From contig CALRFD010000001.1 in NCBI GenBank assembly GCA_943356485.1, positions 137,716 through 201,715 of the forward strand: a DNA stretch of 64,000 nt, given 5' to 3'. Under the pieces are notes generated by a model. It searched no databases and was not told where the DNA came from. It worked only from the letters and a program-made list of their open reading frames with translations. Of this stretch, positions 1-8,206 are shown one piece after another. The position numbers and the translations under genes were made by a program. Every line of letters begins with the position of its first letter. The first letter of the stretch is position 1. Source of the stretch: Patescibacteria group bacterium. Its GTDB lineage: Bacteria; Patescibacteriota; Microgenomatia; Daviesbacterales; UBA10151.

Positions 1-1556
1 ATGCCGTGGAAGAACATATTTTTAAATGGAATTTGATCGGTAAAATGCAGCGAGAGCATAATCATCCGGGCAATCCAAAGGTATTTAATCTCTCCGGCCG
101 AGATTTCAAAATCCCAGGGGAAATATTTCTCAAATTCTACAGTATTTTCAGGCCAACCTAGTGTGGCCATTGGCCAAAGTCCTGATGAAAACCAGGTATC
201 GAGTAGTTGCTCGTCTTGCACCCAATCCTGCTTCCCACAGCTAGAGCAGTTCTCGGTCGGTTTATTTTGGGAAATTATCACGCCGCGGGAGCTTTTATTT
301 GCCACCTGGTGAGTAGGATTGCAAGATAAGCAGTACCATACCGGAATCTGGTATCCCCACCATAGCGGACGGGAGATGCACCAATCGTGAATATTCTTAA
401 TCCAGTCGGAGATAATTTTCTGATAATTTTTCGGGGCAAAGCTAACCTCGCCAATTCGTTTTAGAGCCTTTTGCGCCAAAGGCTGCATACTCACAAACCA
501 TTCTTCGGAGATAATGGGTTCAACCACTGTCTTACATCTTTCGCAAACTGGTACAGTGTGAGTGTATTCTTCTTCTTTAACCAAAATCCCTTTTTCTCTA
601 AGTTCAGGAAGCATCGCTTCTCTTGCCTCCGCCACTTTCATTCCAGCATACTTGCCGGCAATCTCGGTGAGTCGACCGGTTTTATCTATAACATGAATGA
701 TCGGAAGATTGTGTCTTTTGCCGATTTCGTAATCTACGAAAGAATGACCAGGGGTAACTTTAATCACTCCGGTGCCGAATTTAGGATCAATAGCTTCATC
801 GCCGACTAGCTTCATTTTTCGCATTCCAGTTAACGTTTCGATCTCAAATTCTTTGCCAATATCATTTTTATACCGTTTATCGTTTGGATTAACTGCCATG
901 GCGGTGTCGCCAAATTTAGTTTCTGGTCTGGCTGTAGCTAAAGTGAAAGGGCCGTATTTTAGATAATACAGTTTTTCTTTTCGCTCCTCGTATTCAACCT
1001 CCACATCTTCGATGGCAGTAGCATCTTTGGGGCACCATTGCACAATGTAGGCGCCTTTATAAATTAGATCTTGTTCCCAAAAAGTTTTGAATTCCGTCAG
1101 TACTGCTTTGGCAACTTTGGGATCTAAGGTAAAAACCTCCCTAGACCAGTCAGCAGATAAGCCCATTGTTCTCCAGGTAGCTGAAACTGAGTTGTATGAT
1201 TCTTCTTTAAATTTCCAGGCTCTTTTTAGCCACTCTTCGCGTCCCAGCTTATACTTGGAAGTGCCTTCTTTTTCCAGCAGTTTATTTAACGTGCCTTCGA
1301 ATTGGATTCCGGCATGGTCGACTCCAGGGAGTAGTAAGACATTGAAACCCTGCATTCCCTTAAAACGGGCGATCGCATCCAGTATTGAGTGTTGCATCGC
1401 GTGACCCAAATGCAGCGCCCCGGTCACATTTGGCGGAGGCATTAGTAATGAATAAGGTTTTTTGGAGTCACCAGGGGTTGCTTTAAAATAGTTTTCATCT
1501 TCCCAGAATTTGTACCACTTATTTTCAACTTCTTGTTGGTTATATACCTTGTCCAT
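1..1556 (-). CDS. valS: Valine--tRNA ligase, 5' part; runs off the window start
   Basis: Not in the ORF track (no stop in window). Manual minus-strand translation from ATG at 1556 gives MDKVYNQQEVE..., PPPNVTGALHLGHA (HIGH-type), DHAGIQ, WCISRPLWWGYQIPVWY and LDTWFSSGLWP, all typical ValRS motifs. Confidence 0.95.
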   Translation of the reverse strand, partial: MDKVYNQQEVENKWYKFWEDENYFKATPGDSKKPYSLLMPPPNVTGALHLGHAMQHSILDAIARFKGMQGFNVLLLPGVDHAGIQFEGTLNKLLEKEGTSKYKLGREEWLKRAWKFKEESYNSVSATWRTMGLSADWSREVFTLDPKVAKAVLTEFKTFWEQDLIYKGAYIVQWCPKDATAIEDVEVEYEERKEKLYYLKYGPFTLATARPETKFGDTAMAVNPNDKRYKNDIGKEFEIETLTGMRKMKLVGDEAIDPKFGTGVIKVTPGHSFVDYEIGKRHNLPIIHVIDKTGRLTEIAGKYAGMKVAEAREAMLPELREKGILVKEEEYTHTVPVCERCKTVVEPIISEEWFVSMQPLAQKALKRIGEVSFAPKNYQKIISDWIKNIHDWCISRPLWWGYQIPVWYCLSCNPTHQVANKSSRGVIISQNKPTENCSSCGKQDWVQDEQLLDTWFSSGLWPMATLGWPENTVEFEKYFPWDFEISAGEIKYLWIARMIMLSLHFTDQIPFKNMFFHG

Positions 1557-1575
1557 GAGCTTAAGTATATTCAAA

Positions 1576-2739
1576 TTAGTTAGATAGAGCAAGGTTTGGC
1601 TCTGCCTGTAGTTTTAACGGATCAATGGGTTTTTGGAAAAATCCTCTTGAGGCAATCATGGCGGCGTTGTCGGTACAAAGTTCTGGTGGCGGTAGGTGTA
1701 ATTTAACTTTTAACCCTGCCTCGCCGGCAGGCAGGTTTTCACTTTGAATTTTTAACTTGCGAACCAGGAACTGGTTCGCTGCGACGCCACCTGCTATCAT
1801 AATATGCTCAACCTTGTATTTTTGTGCTGCTGCAATAGTCTTTTTAACTAACACGTCAACGATCGCCTGTTCGATTCCGGCTGCCAAATCGCATTTCACC
1901 TCCGAGGAGTCAAAGCCCACCTCGGAGGTGGAGAGTAAATTTGCTACAGCAGTTTTTAACCCGGAAAAAGAAAAATCAAAATCTCTTGAGTTAATCATTG
2001 GACGGGGAAGGTTGAACCTCAAGGCGTCGCCTTGCGAGGCTAATTTAGATATTTCCGGCCCGCCAGGATAAGGCAAACCTAGCAGCCTGGCACATTTATC
2101 AAAACACTCACCTGCTGCATCATCGCGGGTACCACCAAGATATTCATAATTTTGCTCGTCTTTAAATAAAACTAAATCAGTATGACCACCGGAAACCAGC
2201 AGGCCGATGCAGGGAAAGTTAGGTAAGTGACTAGTCGCTAGAGTCAAGAGACTAGGCGTTTTTTTTCTTGACCCTTGACCCTTGACCCTTGACCCTGTCT
2301 CAATCCAATTTGCCCAGAAATGTCCGAGTAAATGATTTACCGGAATTAGTGGCTTATTCCAGGTTAGCGCCAGAGTCTTGGCTGTTTCAACTCCAACTAG
2401 AAGCGACCCGATAAGTCCCGGCCCATAAGTTACTGCAATAGCGTCAATTTTAGAAGCGTAAAGGGGAAAGCGTAAAGCCTGCCTGCCGGCAAGGCAGGGG
2501 GAAAGTTCAGGGAAAGCTTGCTCCAAAGCTTCATTTATGACTGGAATAATGCTTTTGATTTGCTCCCGGGCTGCCTGTTCCGGAATGATCCCGCCGTATT
2601 TAGCCTGCATCTGGGCAGATGAGGCGATAACATTGGATAAAATATGTACCTGCCTGCCGGTAGGCAGGTACGATCCTCGCTTTTCCAGCACTGCCGCTGC
2701 AGTTTCATCACAACTGGTTTCGATGCCTAAAATTATCAT
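1576..2739 (-). CDS. tsaD: tRNA N6-adenosine threonylcarbamoyltransferase TsaD carrying five in-frame repeat-derived insertions
   Basis: ILGIETSCDET, TYGPGL.GSLLVG, NHLLGH, LLVSGGHT, TRDDAAGECFDK, FSFSGLKT, AGGVAAN, CTDNAAMIA. At 387 aa it is longer than typical TsaD because of inserted peptides. Confidence 0.97.
   Translation of the reverse strand: MIILGIETSCDETAAAVLEKRGSYLPTGRQVHILSNVIASSAQMQAKYGGIIPEQAAREQIKSIIPVINEALEQAFPELSPCLAGRQALRFPLYASKIDAIAVTYGPGLIGSLLVGVETAKTLALTWNKPLIPVNHLLGHFWANWIETGSRVKGQGSRKKTPSLLTLATSHLPNFPCIGLLVSGGHTDLVLFKDEQNYEYLGGTRDDAAGECFDKCARLLGLPYPGGPEISKLASQGDALRFNLPRPMINSRDFDFSFSGLKTAVANLLSTSEVGFDSSEVKCDLAAGIEQAIVDVLVKKTIAAAQKYKVEHIMIAGGVAANQFLVRKLKIQSENLPAGEAGLKVKLHLPPPELCTDNAAMIASRGFFQKPIDPLKLQAEPNLALSN
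1702..1757. repeat. Degenerate heptamer array (TTTAACT-like) with a 21-bp GC palindrome (1715-1735) inserted inside one unit
   Basis: tttaact tttaac[cctgcctcgccggcaggcagg]t tttcact ttgaatt tttaact; encodes KLKIQSENLPAGEAGLKVK in TsaD. Confidence 0.85.
1897..1930. repeat. 34-bp hairpin element (11-bp inverted arms) in frame in tsaD
   Basis: CACCTCCGAGG-agtcaaagccca-CCTCGGAGGTG; encodes TSEVGFDSSEV. A sister copy lies at 13612-13666. Confidence 0.9.
2226..2295. repeat. Pair of opposed heptamer arrays in frame in tsaD
   Basis: agtgact agtcgct agagtca agagact (2226-2253) and (cttgacc)x4 (2267-2294); encodes GSRVKGQGSRKKTPSLLTLATSH. Confidence 0.85.
2455..2505. repeat. Heptamer array (AGCGTAA/AGGGGAA) with a 21-bp GC palindrome (2478-2498) inserted inside one unit
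   Basis: agcgtaa aggggaa agcgtaa ag[cctgcctgccggcaaggcagg]gggaa; removing the 21 bp restores aggggaa exactly. Confidence 0.9.
2647..2670. repeat. GC palindrome copy in frame near the tsaD 5' end
   Basis: ta-CCTGCCTGCCGGTAGGCAGG-ta; encodes YLPTGRQV. Confidence 0.9.
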
Positions 2740-2850
2740 GTTAATATTCTACCAAATCTAATTGCCAAATATTATTAGTTAATATTGCATTTCCAGTGTA
2801 AATAAGGCGAGGATTGATTAATTAAAGAAAATAGTGTATCCTATAACAAT

Positions 2851-4152
2851 ATGAAACTTGAACAATTAAAGCATTTAATGGAAAGATTTAATCAAGAACC
2901 AGATTTTAGGGAGGCGGTTCGATCTCATAATCCTCATCCCGGGCTTTGGCAAAGGCTTTTGAATCCACCATTAATAGTACCCAGCTATAAAGCAAATTTT
3001 ACTTTAGATCCTATCCAAGCACAAATGCATGGTTTAGAAAAGGATTTTCAGATTGAAGCAGGATCCATAACGGAATTTCCTTTGAGTTCTGCATTGGCTT
3101 TATCAAAATTACCATTCTCTGATGTTAATCGATTAAGGGAAAACGATTTTGGAGTTTGGCCTTCCCTCAGTGAGCCTGACAGAGACCTTTTACGTATAAT
3201 GAATCCGGACTTGGATGGACACTCAATAGATTTTATAATGGGGGGCGTTCATCCTAAGTCTGTGCCTCATATTGAAGATATTGAGTCAAGACAATGGGGC
3301 GCTTTATGGTTTGATCCCCGGCATTTAGCATCTTCTGATACTGCTACTCCTGAGACTAACTTAATTCCAAATATATTTGAAGTGTTATCGGCAGTAGATT
3401 CCTTCCGCGCTCAACAAGGCAAGGATGGGAATCTGTCTCTAAGCTCAAGTAATGAGTGGGTGTTAACTAGCTCTAGGGTACAAGTAGATCTTAAAAAGGA
3501 ATATCGTCAATGGTTAAAAGATAGAGGGTGGTTGGCAGAGTTTTTTCATTCTGCTATTTTAGAAAGATATGTGCCTAATGGGAGTGAAATAAATAATATT
3601 ATTGCTAAAGAAGAAGCCGGAGGTTTCGAGCATAAGAAATCCAGACCTTTGAGGACAAGACTGAATGATGGAAGTAATGTAACGATATTTGAAGATCATG
3701 TTCTGGTTCAAAGAAGAGGAGAAACATTTTATGAGCGTATTTCTGATGATTACATGAGCATTAATACTAAGAAAAATTCTTGGAGTTTGAGAATGGGCAC
3801 ATTGGAGATACAGGATTATACTGACCATACGAGACACTCTTTTAATTTTGATGAGGAGATACTAGATCCGTTAAGGCGATTATTAGGTAGCCATGTAGCA
3901 AAAAGCCTATTTACTACTACACAAGGCATAAATTTATGGGTATGCTTTAGATTAGGTATTAGAGAAGGACTATCAGTTGGAATGTTTGTTCCTAGTACGG
4001 ATGCTATTCCACTTAATGAACATATTTCTATTTCTTTGTTGGATGGAGCTTTTAATGATTTGAAACTTATGGCACCAGCACTTAATCATGTTAGGAAGTA
4101 TGTGCCTCCAGCAATATATCGAGATCAGGATGCACGCAGATTATTGGATTAA
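2851..4152 (+). CDS. Hypothetical protein (433 aa)
   Basis: Long ORF; no recognisable motif. Confidence 0.8.
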   Translation: MKLEQLKHLMERFNQEPDFREAVRSHNPHPGLWQRLLNPPLIVPSYKANFTLDPIQAQMHGLEKDFQIEAGSITEFPLSSALALSKLPFSDVNRLRENDFGVWPSLSEPDRDLLRIMNPDLDGHSIDFIMGGVHPKSVPHIEDIESRQWGALWFDPRHLASSDTATPETNLIPNIFEVLSAVDSFRAQQGKDGNLSLSSSNEWVLTSSRVQVDLKKEYRQWLKDRGWLAEFFHSAILERYVPNGSEINNIIAKEEAGGFEHKKSRPLRTRLNDGSNVTIFEDHVLVQRRGETFYERISDDYMSINTKKNSWSLRMGTLEIQDYTDHTRHSFNFDEEILDPLRRLLGSHVAKSLFTTTQGINLWVCFRLGIREGLSVGMFVPSTDAIPLNEHISISLLDGAFNDLKLMAPALNHVRKYVPPAIYRDQDARRLLD

Positions 4153-4236
4153 TGGAATCTCATCACAAGATGTCTCTATACCTAAAATTATCATGGGTGT
4201 ATTGTAGCAAATTAAGTAGTATGGTAAAAATGAACT

Positions 4237-4992
4237 ATGGCAGACCGATTACCCGAGCAAGAAAGTTTAAGCGAGAGAATAGTTAGTTTAGGTCAAGAGT
4301 TTTTAATGTTTGATCCCAGGTTCACAAAAGGAGAATTTAATGAAAGACTTAGTGTGGAGCAATTTAAGGGAGGTAAGATATCACTGGACACAACTGGAGT
4401 TTTGTCTCAAGTGCAGTTTAGTCTAAATTCTTTCCCATCAAGAACAGATAAAAGAGTTTCAATTACCCCTTTCGATCGTGAAATAGGTTATACGATTACA
4501 GAGGAAGACTTTAAATTAGAAGACAGACTTATAAAACACGAGTCAATTAATGGAAAAATTGATGATAGAAGAGCTCCATTACACTTGGAAATTGGGGTAA
4601 CAGAAGCTGGTAAAATTCGATTGCCCCAAGAAATATTATCAGCAGCAAAAGAGTTAAAAGTTCAGCTGCAATTTCCGAACGGACTAATGTTTGAAGCTCA
4701 GCCGGATGAATTATGGTTAAGTAATGGCGAGATAGCATTCAGAAGCTTTTATCCATTAGACACAGGTCCTTTGCCATATGACAGGAAAAGAAATCTCTGG
4801 ATGACTGAGGGATTATATTTATTTGTACCTTCAGATAAAGAGCTGTTAGGCCAAATTAAAGTTAAAATAGTAAAGCGTAAGCAAGGGGAGGATATGGATG
4901 AAGAAATCCCGCCAAAAACTGCCGGGGTTAAAGATAATAATAGCGTTCCGGTTGCATTTAAAGATGCTTTCAAAGATGACCCTGCTTGGTAA
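4237..4992 (+). CDS. Hypothetical protein (251 aa)
   Basis: Long ORF starting MADRLPEQE; no recognisable motif. Confidence 0.8.
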   Translation: MADRLPEQESLSERIVSLGQEFLMFDPRFTKGEFNERLSVEQFKGGKISLDTTGVLSQVQFSLNSFPSRTDKRVSITPFDREIGYTITEEDFKLEDRLIKHESINGKIDDRRAPLHLEIGVTEAGKIRLPQEILSAAKELKVQLQFPNGLMFEAQPDELWLSNGEIAFRSFYPLDTGPLPYDRKRNLWMTEGLYLFVPSDKELLGQIKVKIVKRKQGEDMDEEIPPKTAGVKDNNSVPVAFKDAFKDDPAW

Positions 4993-5096
4993 TAAAACAT
5001 TCTACCCTTCATCTGACCCAGGCTTCACCCGATCTCTTTTTTGTACTTAGGTAGTCAGGCTGAGTTTTTTAATAGCAATGCCGTATAATTTAGCTA

Positions 5097-5318
5097 ATGA
5101 TATTTATTAAAGAGTTGAATAACGATCAGCTTAACGGATTAGCAAGCTTATGTTTTGATTTAGCCAAAGGGTCTTTTCTGGTGGCACTTTTTCCAACCGT
5201 TGAGATAACCACGAAACCGTTTTTATCATTTATGATGATGCTTATGGGTTTGTTTTTAGGTCTTGTCTTTACTTACATAGCCTTGTTATTATTAAGACTA
5301 AAGGAGGTAGGTAAATGA
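5097..5318 (+). CDS. Small two-TM membrane protein
   Basis: 73 aa with two hydrophobic segments; TATAAT 7 nt upstream of the ATG. Confidence 0.7.
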   Translation: MIFIKELNNDQLNGLASLCFDLAKGSFLVALFPTVEITTKPFLSFMMMLMGLFLGLVFTYIALLLLRLKEVGK

Positions 5319-5440
5319 GCATCGGAGAAATCTTCACACAACTCTATTATAGTGGAATCTTAGCTTTATCCATTATGGCGTTAGCAATTGCGATTATTGT
5401 CTATCCTACTCTGCGCAATAAATCTCAAAAAAAGAGATAA
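5315..5440 (+). CDS. Small single-TM protein (41 aa), not in the ORF track
   Basis: ATGA overlap with the upstream stop and an AAGGAGG RBS; MSIGEIFTQLYYSGILALSIMALAIAIIVYPTLRNKSQKKR. Confidence 0.65.
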   Translation: MSIGEIFTQLYYSGILALSIMALAIAIIVYPTLRNKSQKKR

Positions 5441-5540
5441 AAACTATTTCTCCTGTTTGCCTACCTAATATTATCGTGTGTATAAGTCTTGGATTATTTA
5501 ATAATTGCATATGGCAGGAGCCGGGATTATAATCCAACGT

Positions 5541-6692
5541 ATGCCTGAGCGTAGAGTTGGGGGTTATAATAGAGCTGATAATAAAATAGATCCCAGAGAT
5601 TTTGAGCCTGTTTCTTTGCCTGAAGTCGCTGAACCTCTTAAAAAGCCAGTAGCCCCAAAAAAAACAATAGAGATTGCAGAAGTAATAGATCAGATTAAGA
5701 CAGAGCAGCAGGCATTAGGCCGGTTGAGGGAGTCTGTTACTAAAATGACTGATCCGGATAATAGTATGGCCCGACTTGTCAGCAGGTTGATGTTTGGGAG
5801 TAAAGAACGGGAAGTTAAGGGCGAGGATGGGTTGACGGAAATGCGTCCCTGGACTTTGGCAGACATTTTTGAATTAGACAGGCAAGGTTACCCGGAAAGG
5901 GAAAGAGGAGCCAGAAGAAGCCTCACCCAGGAGACAGTTATTGGTTTACGAGAGCAGCAGGAATTTTTTACTACTGCCGAGCATCCCAGGTTGGCTGAAG
6001 TTGAGGCAGTAATAGATTTTACAACTGCCATTGCAAAGCGGGTTTTAGCCTCAGAGAAATCAATTACAGAGCCATTTACGATTTATGCCTCTGCTACCTA
6101 CGACGAAGCAGAAATGATGGAAATTATCCGCAGGACAATTTTAGAACCAACTTATATGTTAATGGAAGGGCATGCAGAGGGTCCTATCGGGGTAATTCCT
6201 AGCTATGATGAAGACGATGAGTTTTGGGATCCAATGAGTGAAAGGGATCAAAAAGTTAGTTCCCAAATGAAAGATCCAAGAGACTATACAGAGCGGAGGG
6301 AAGTTCAAAAGAGGATAGCTTTAAATAACCCTAAAGGCTATGACAGTGAGAAATGGGAGGAGATTTTAGATAAGGAAGCAATCTATCTTTATCAATATGC
6401 GCTGGTTGCAGCCGGAAGAGATAGCGGAGCGCTGCAAAGAGCAGCCAAGTTTTACGCCAGTTTAACTGATAATGGTCAACCAGTACATTCGAATGAGCAA
6501 TTAGCGCCTCTTAATGTCCGAGTTGAAGAATTAACAAGAATATATGAAGAAATAAAAGGTTTAGAAGGTTTTAGACAACTTTCAGGATGGATTAAACAAA
6601 GGTTTGGTCCGGAGGCTACTTTTCAAACTTTACTGCAAACCCTAAGCCCTGTTGATCTAAATCATCAGCCGGAATTTAACACTGTAATATAA
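5541..6692 (+). CDS. Hypothetical acidic helical protein
   Basis: ORF 5505-6692; start moved to MPERR at 5541 because TATAAT lies 7 nt upstream. Confidence 0.8.
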   Translation: MPERRVGGYNRADNKIDPRDFEPVSLPEVAEPLKKPVAPKKTIEIAEVIDQIKTEQQALGRLRESVTKMTDPDNSMARLVSRLMFGSKEREVKGEDGLTEMRPWTLADIFELDRQGYPERERGARRSLTQETVIGLREQQEFFTTAEHPRLAEVEAVIDFTTAIAKRVLASEKSITEPFTIYASATYDEAEMMEIIRRTILEPTYMLMEGHAEGPIGVIPSYDEDDEFWDPMSERDQKVSSQMKDPRDYTERREVQKRIALNNPKGYDSEKWEEILDKEAIYLYQYALVAAGRDSGALQRAAKFYASLTDNGQPVHSNEQLAPLNVRVEELTRIYEEIKGLEGFRQLSGWIKQRFGPEATFQTLLQTLSPVDLNHQPEFNTVI

Positions 6693-6747
6693 TCTAAGCT
6701 GGGTGTATCAGATTGTAATAATTTAATCAGTGTGGTAAAAATATTGC

Positions 6748-7026
6748 ATGGCAGATATTAGTAATACAGAGTTTGGTACTTTGAAAACCGGCACTCCAAC
6801 AAAAGAAGTAGAAGCTATAAAAGGAGGTTTCAGTGAGTTCGCGCAAGAGTATGCAGGTCACCATGGTTTACAAGTTGGTCAAATTATTCCTGAACAATTA
6901 TTTATGGCCGCCTCTGGCAGTTCTAGAGGACGAGATTGTGTTTGGCGTAACCGATTTAGCGCTACAATGGATCCTATCAAAGGGGTTCAGTACTCACATT
7001 TTAAAGTTATCGATAATGATCATTAA
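6748..7026 (+). CDS. Hypothetical protein (92 aa)
   Basis: ORF with ATG start after an AT-rich promoter-like region. Confidence 0.55.
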   Translation: MADISNTEFGTLKTGTPTKEVEAIKGGFSEFAQEYAGHHGLQVGQIIPEQLFMAASGSSRGRDCVWRNRFSATMDPIKGVQYSHFKVIDNDH

Positions 7027-7255
7027 TATCAATGATTTCAACCTCACTATTTCCCCTAATACCAAATACAGCTCGATATTTACGATCGATACGGAAAGAA
7101 TAAATCTTAAAACTCCTCGGTTCTAATATTTCAGTATTTAAAGAGGGGTGTGAGGGATTATTTAAGAAGAGAGTAACCTGTTTGTCAAATTTTTTGACTA
7201 GGCCATGTTTTATAAGGTACTTTTGAAGATCTTCTCTAAGAGGCTTAATGCTCAT
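7007..7255 (-). CDS. RelE/ParE-superfamily type II toxin
   Basis: 82 aa, basic; NPSHPSL...YSFRIDRKYRAVF...IIDINDHY; overlaps the upstream antitoxin. Confidence 0.8.
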   Translation of the reverse strand: MSIKPLREDLQKYLIKHGLVKKFDKQVTLFLNNPSHPSLNTEILEPRSFKIYSFRIDRKYRAVFGIRGNSEVEIIDINDHYR

Positions 7256-7526
7256 AAAAAGAGGATTTACTTAACCCAGAAACCATGTTTTTAATAAACC
7301 TCTCATTATATTTACCGGTCTTTTTAAATCCTTGTTCTATCTCTTCAAGAGGTCGAGGAATAAATTCTTCAAAAATTAATTCTTTAGAACCAAAATACTT
7401 TCTGATTAAACTCCTGACAAATTCAGACCGGGTGGAGAAACCTTCTTTTTTGACCTCAGAGTCAATCTGTTTAGCTATGTGGCTTGGTAAAGAAATAGTA
7501 ATTGTACTCATAAGAATATTTAACAA
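7245..7526 (-). CDS. Ribbon-helix-helix (CopG-like) antitoxin
   Basis: TITISLP...IDSEVKKEGFSTRSEFVRSLIR RHH pattern; upstream of the toxin. Confidence 0.8.
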   Translation of the reverse strand: MLNILMSTITISLPSHIAKQIDSEVKKEGFSTRSEFVRSLIRKYFGSKELIFEEFIPRPLEEIEQGFKKTGKYNERFIKNMVSGLSKSSFYEH

Positions 7527-7558
7527 TAATTCTTAATTTTTGTCAAGATATCGAAAAA

Positions 7559-8119
7559 CTAAACCAGGTTTATCTCAGCCAGGGTGTTATGGGAATGGAA
7601 TCCCTCATTTGCCACAGATTCAAAAAGTTTGATTGAGTTGATATTAATATGATCAAAAGACATAGTCATGATCTTTTCCAGCTCCATTTCCAGCTTGCGG
7701 TCGATAAATATCTGTTCGTTGAGCTTGGCAACAGTGATATGTGGAATAAAACGCCTTTCATCAACCGGCAGGTGCAAAGCACTCAGACCGTCTTTGATAT
7801 ATTCCCTGATTAGTAAAACTTTATCTATATCGCCCTTAACTCCCACCCATAAAACATTAGCATGGTGAATATTGGGAAAGCCGTCAAGATAAGCAGGAGT
7901 CACTTCAAATGGAGAAATATCCAGGACAGAATTTCTAATAATTTCTATTAATTTCTCTTTTAAGTTATCCGGTTGCTCGCCGATAAAGGCTAAGGTCAGG
8001 TGAATTTTATCCAAATCAGTTATTCTGGCTTGAGGGATTAATGTATGCAATTTATCTTGAATAGATTGAAACTGGGGGATATTCTCACTCGGTATTTCCA
8101 GGGCGATAAAGAATCTCAT
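7559..8119 (-). CDS. thpR: RNA 2',3'-cyclic phosphodiesterase (2H family)
   Basis: MRFFIAL start and two HxT motifs (HLTLAFIG, FIPHITV). Confidence 0.92.
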   Translation of the reverse strand: MRFFIALEIPSENIPQFQSIQDKLHTLIPQARITDLDKIHLTLAFIGEQPDNLKEKLIEIIRNSVLDISPFEVTPAYLDGFPNIHHANVLWVGVKGDIDKVLLIREYIKDGLSALHLPVDERRFIPHITVAKLNEQIFIDRKLEMELEKIMTMSFDHININSIKLFESVANEGFHSHNTLAEINLV

Positions 8120-8155
8120 AGTCGGATATACATATTATACTCTTACATAAATCCA

Positions 8156-8184
8156 TTGACAAAAAAAGTATATCTAGGTAAAGT
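8156..8184 (+). promoter_or_regulatory. Sigma70-type promoter for the glucan phosphorylase gene
   Basis: TTGACA-17 nt-TAAAGT upstream of ATG 8207. Confidence 0.6.
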
Positions 8185-8206
8185 GTTGTACACCTGCACC
8201 AAAGTA

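Noticed and set aside
471-1404. Three plus-strand ORFs (471-809, 772-966, 1087-1404)
   Set aside because: They are antisense shadows of valS, which occupies the minus strand.
8045-8206. N-terminal extension of the phosphorylase ORF (similar extensions at murB 29027-29116 and groES 30608-30670)
   Set aside because: The extensions overlap neighbouring genes or promoters; downstream ATGs fit the motifs and promoters better.
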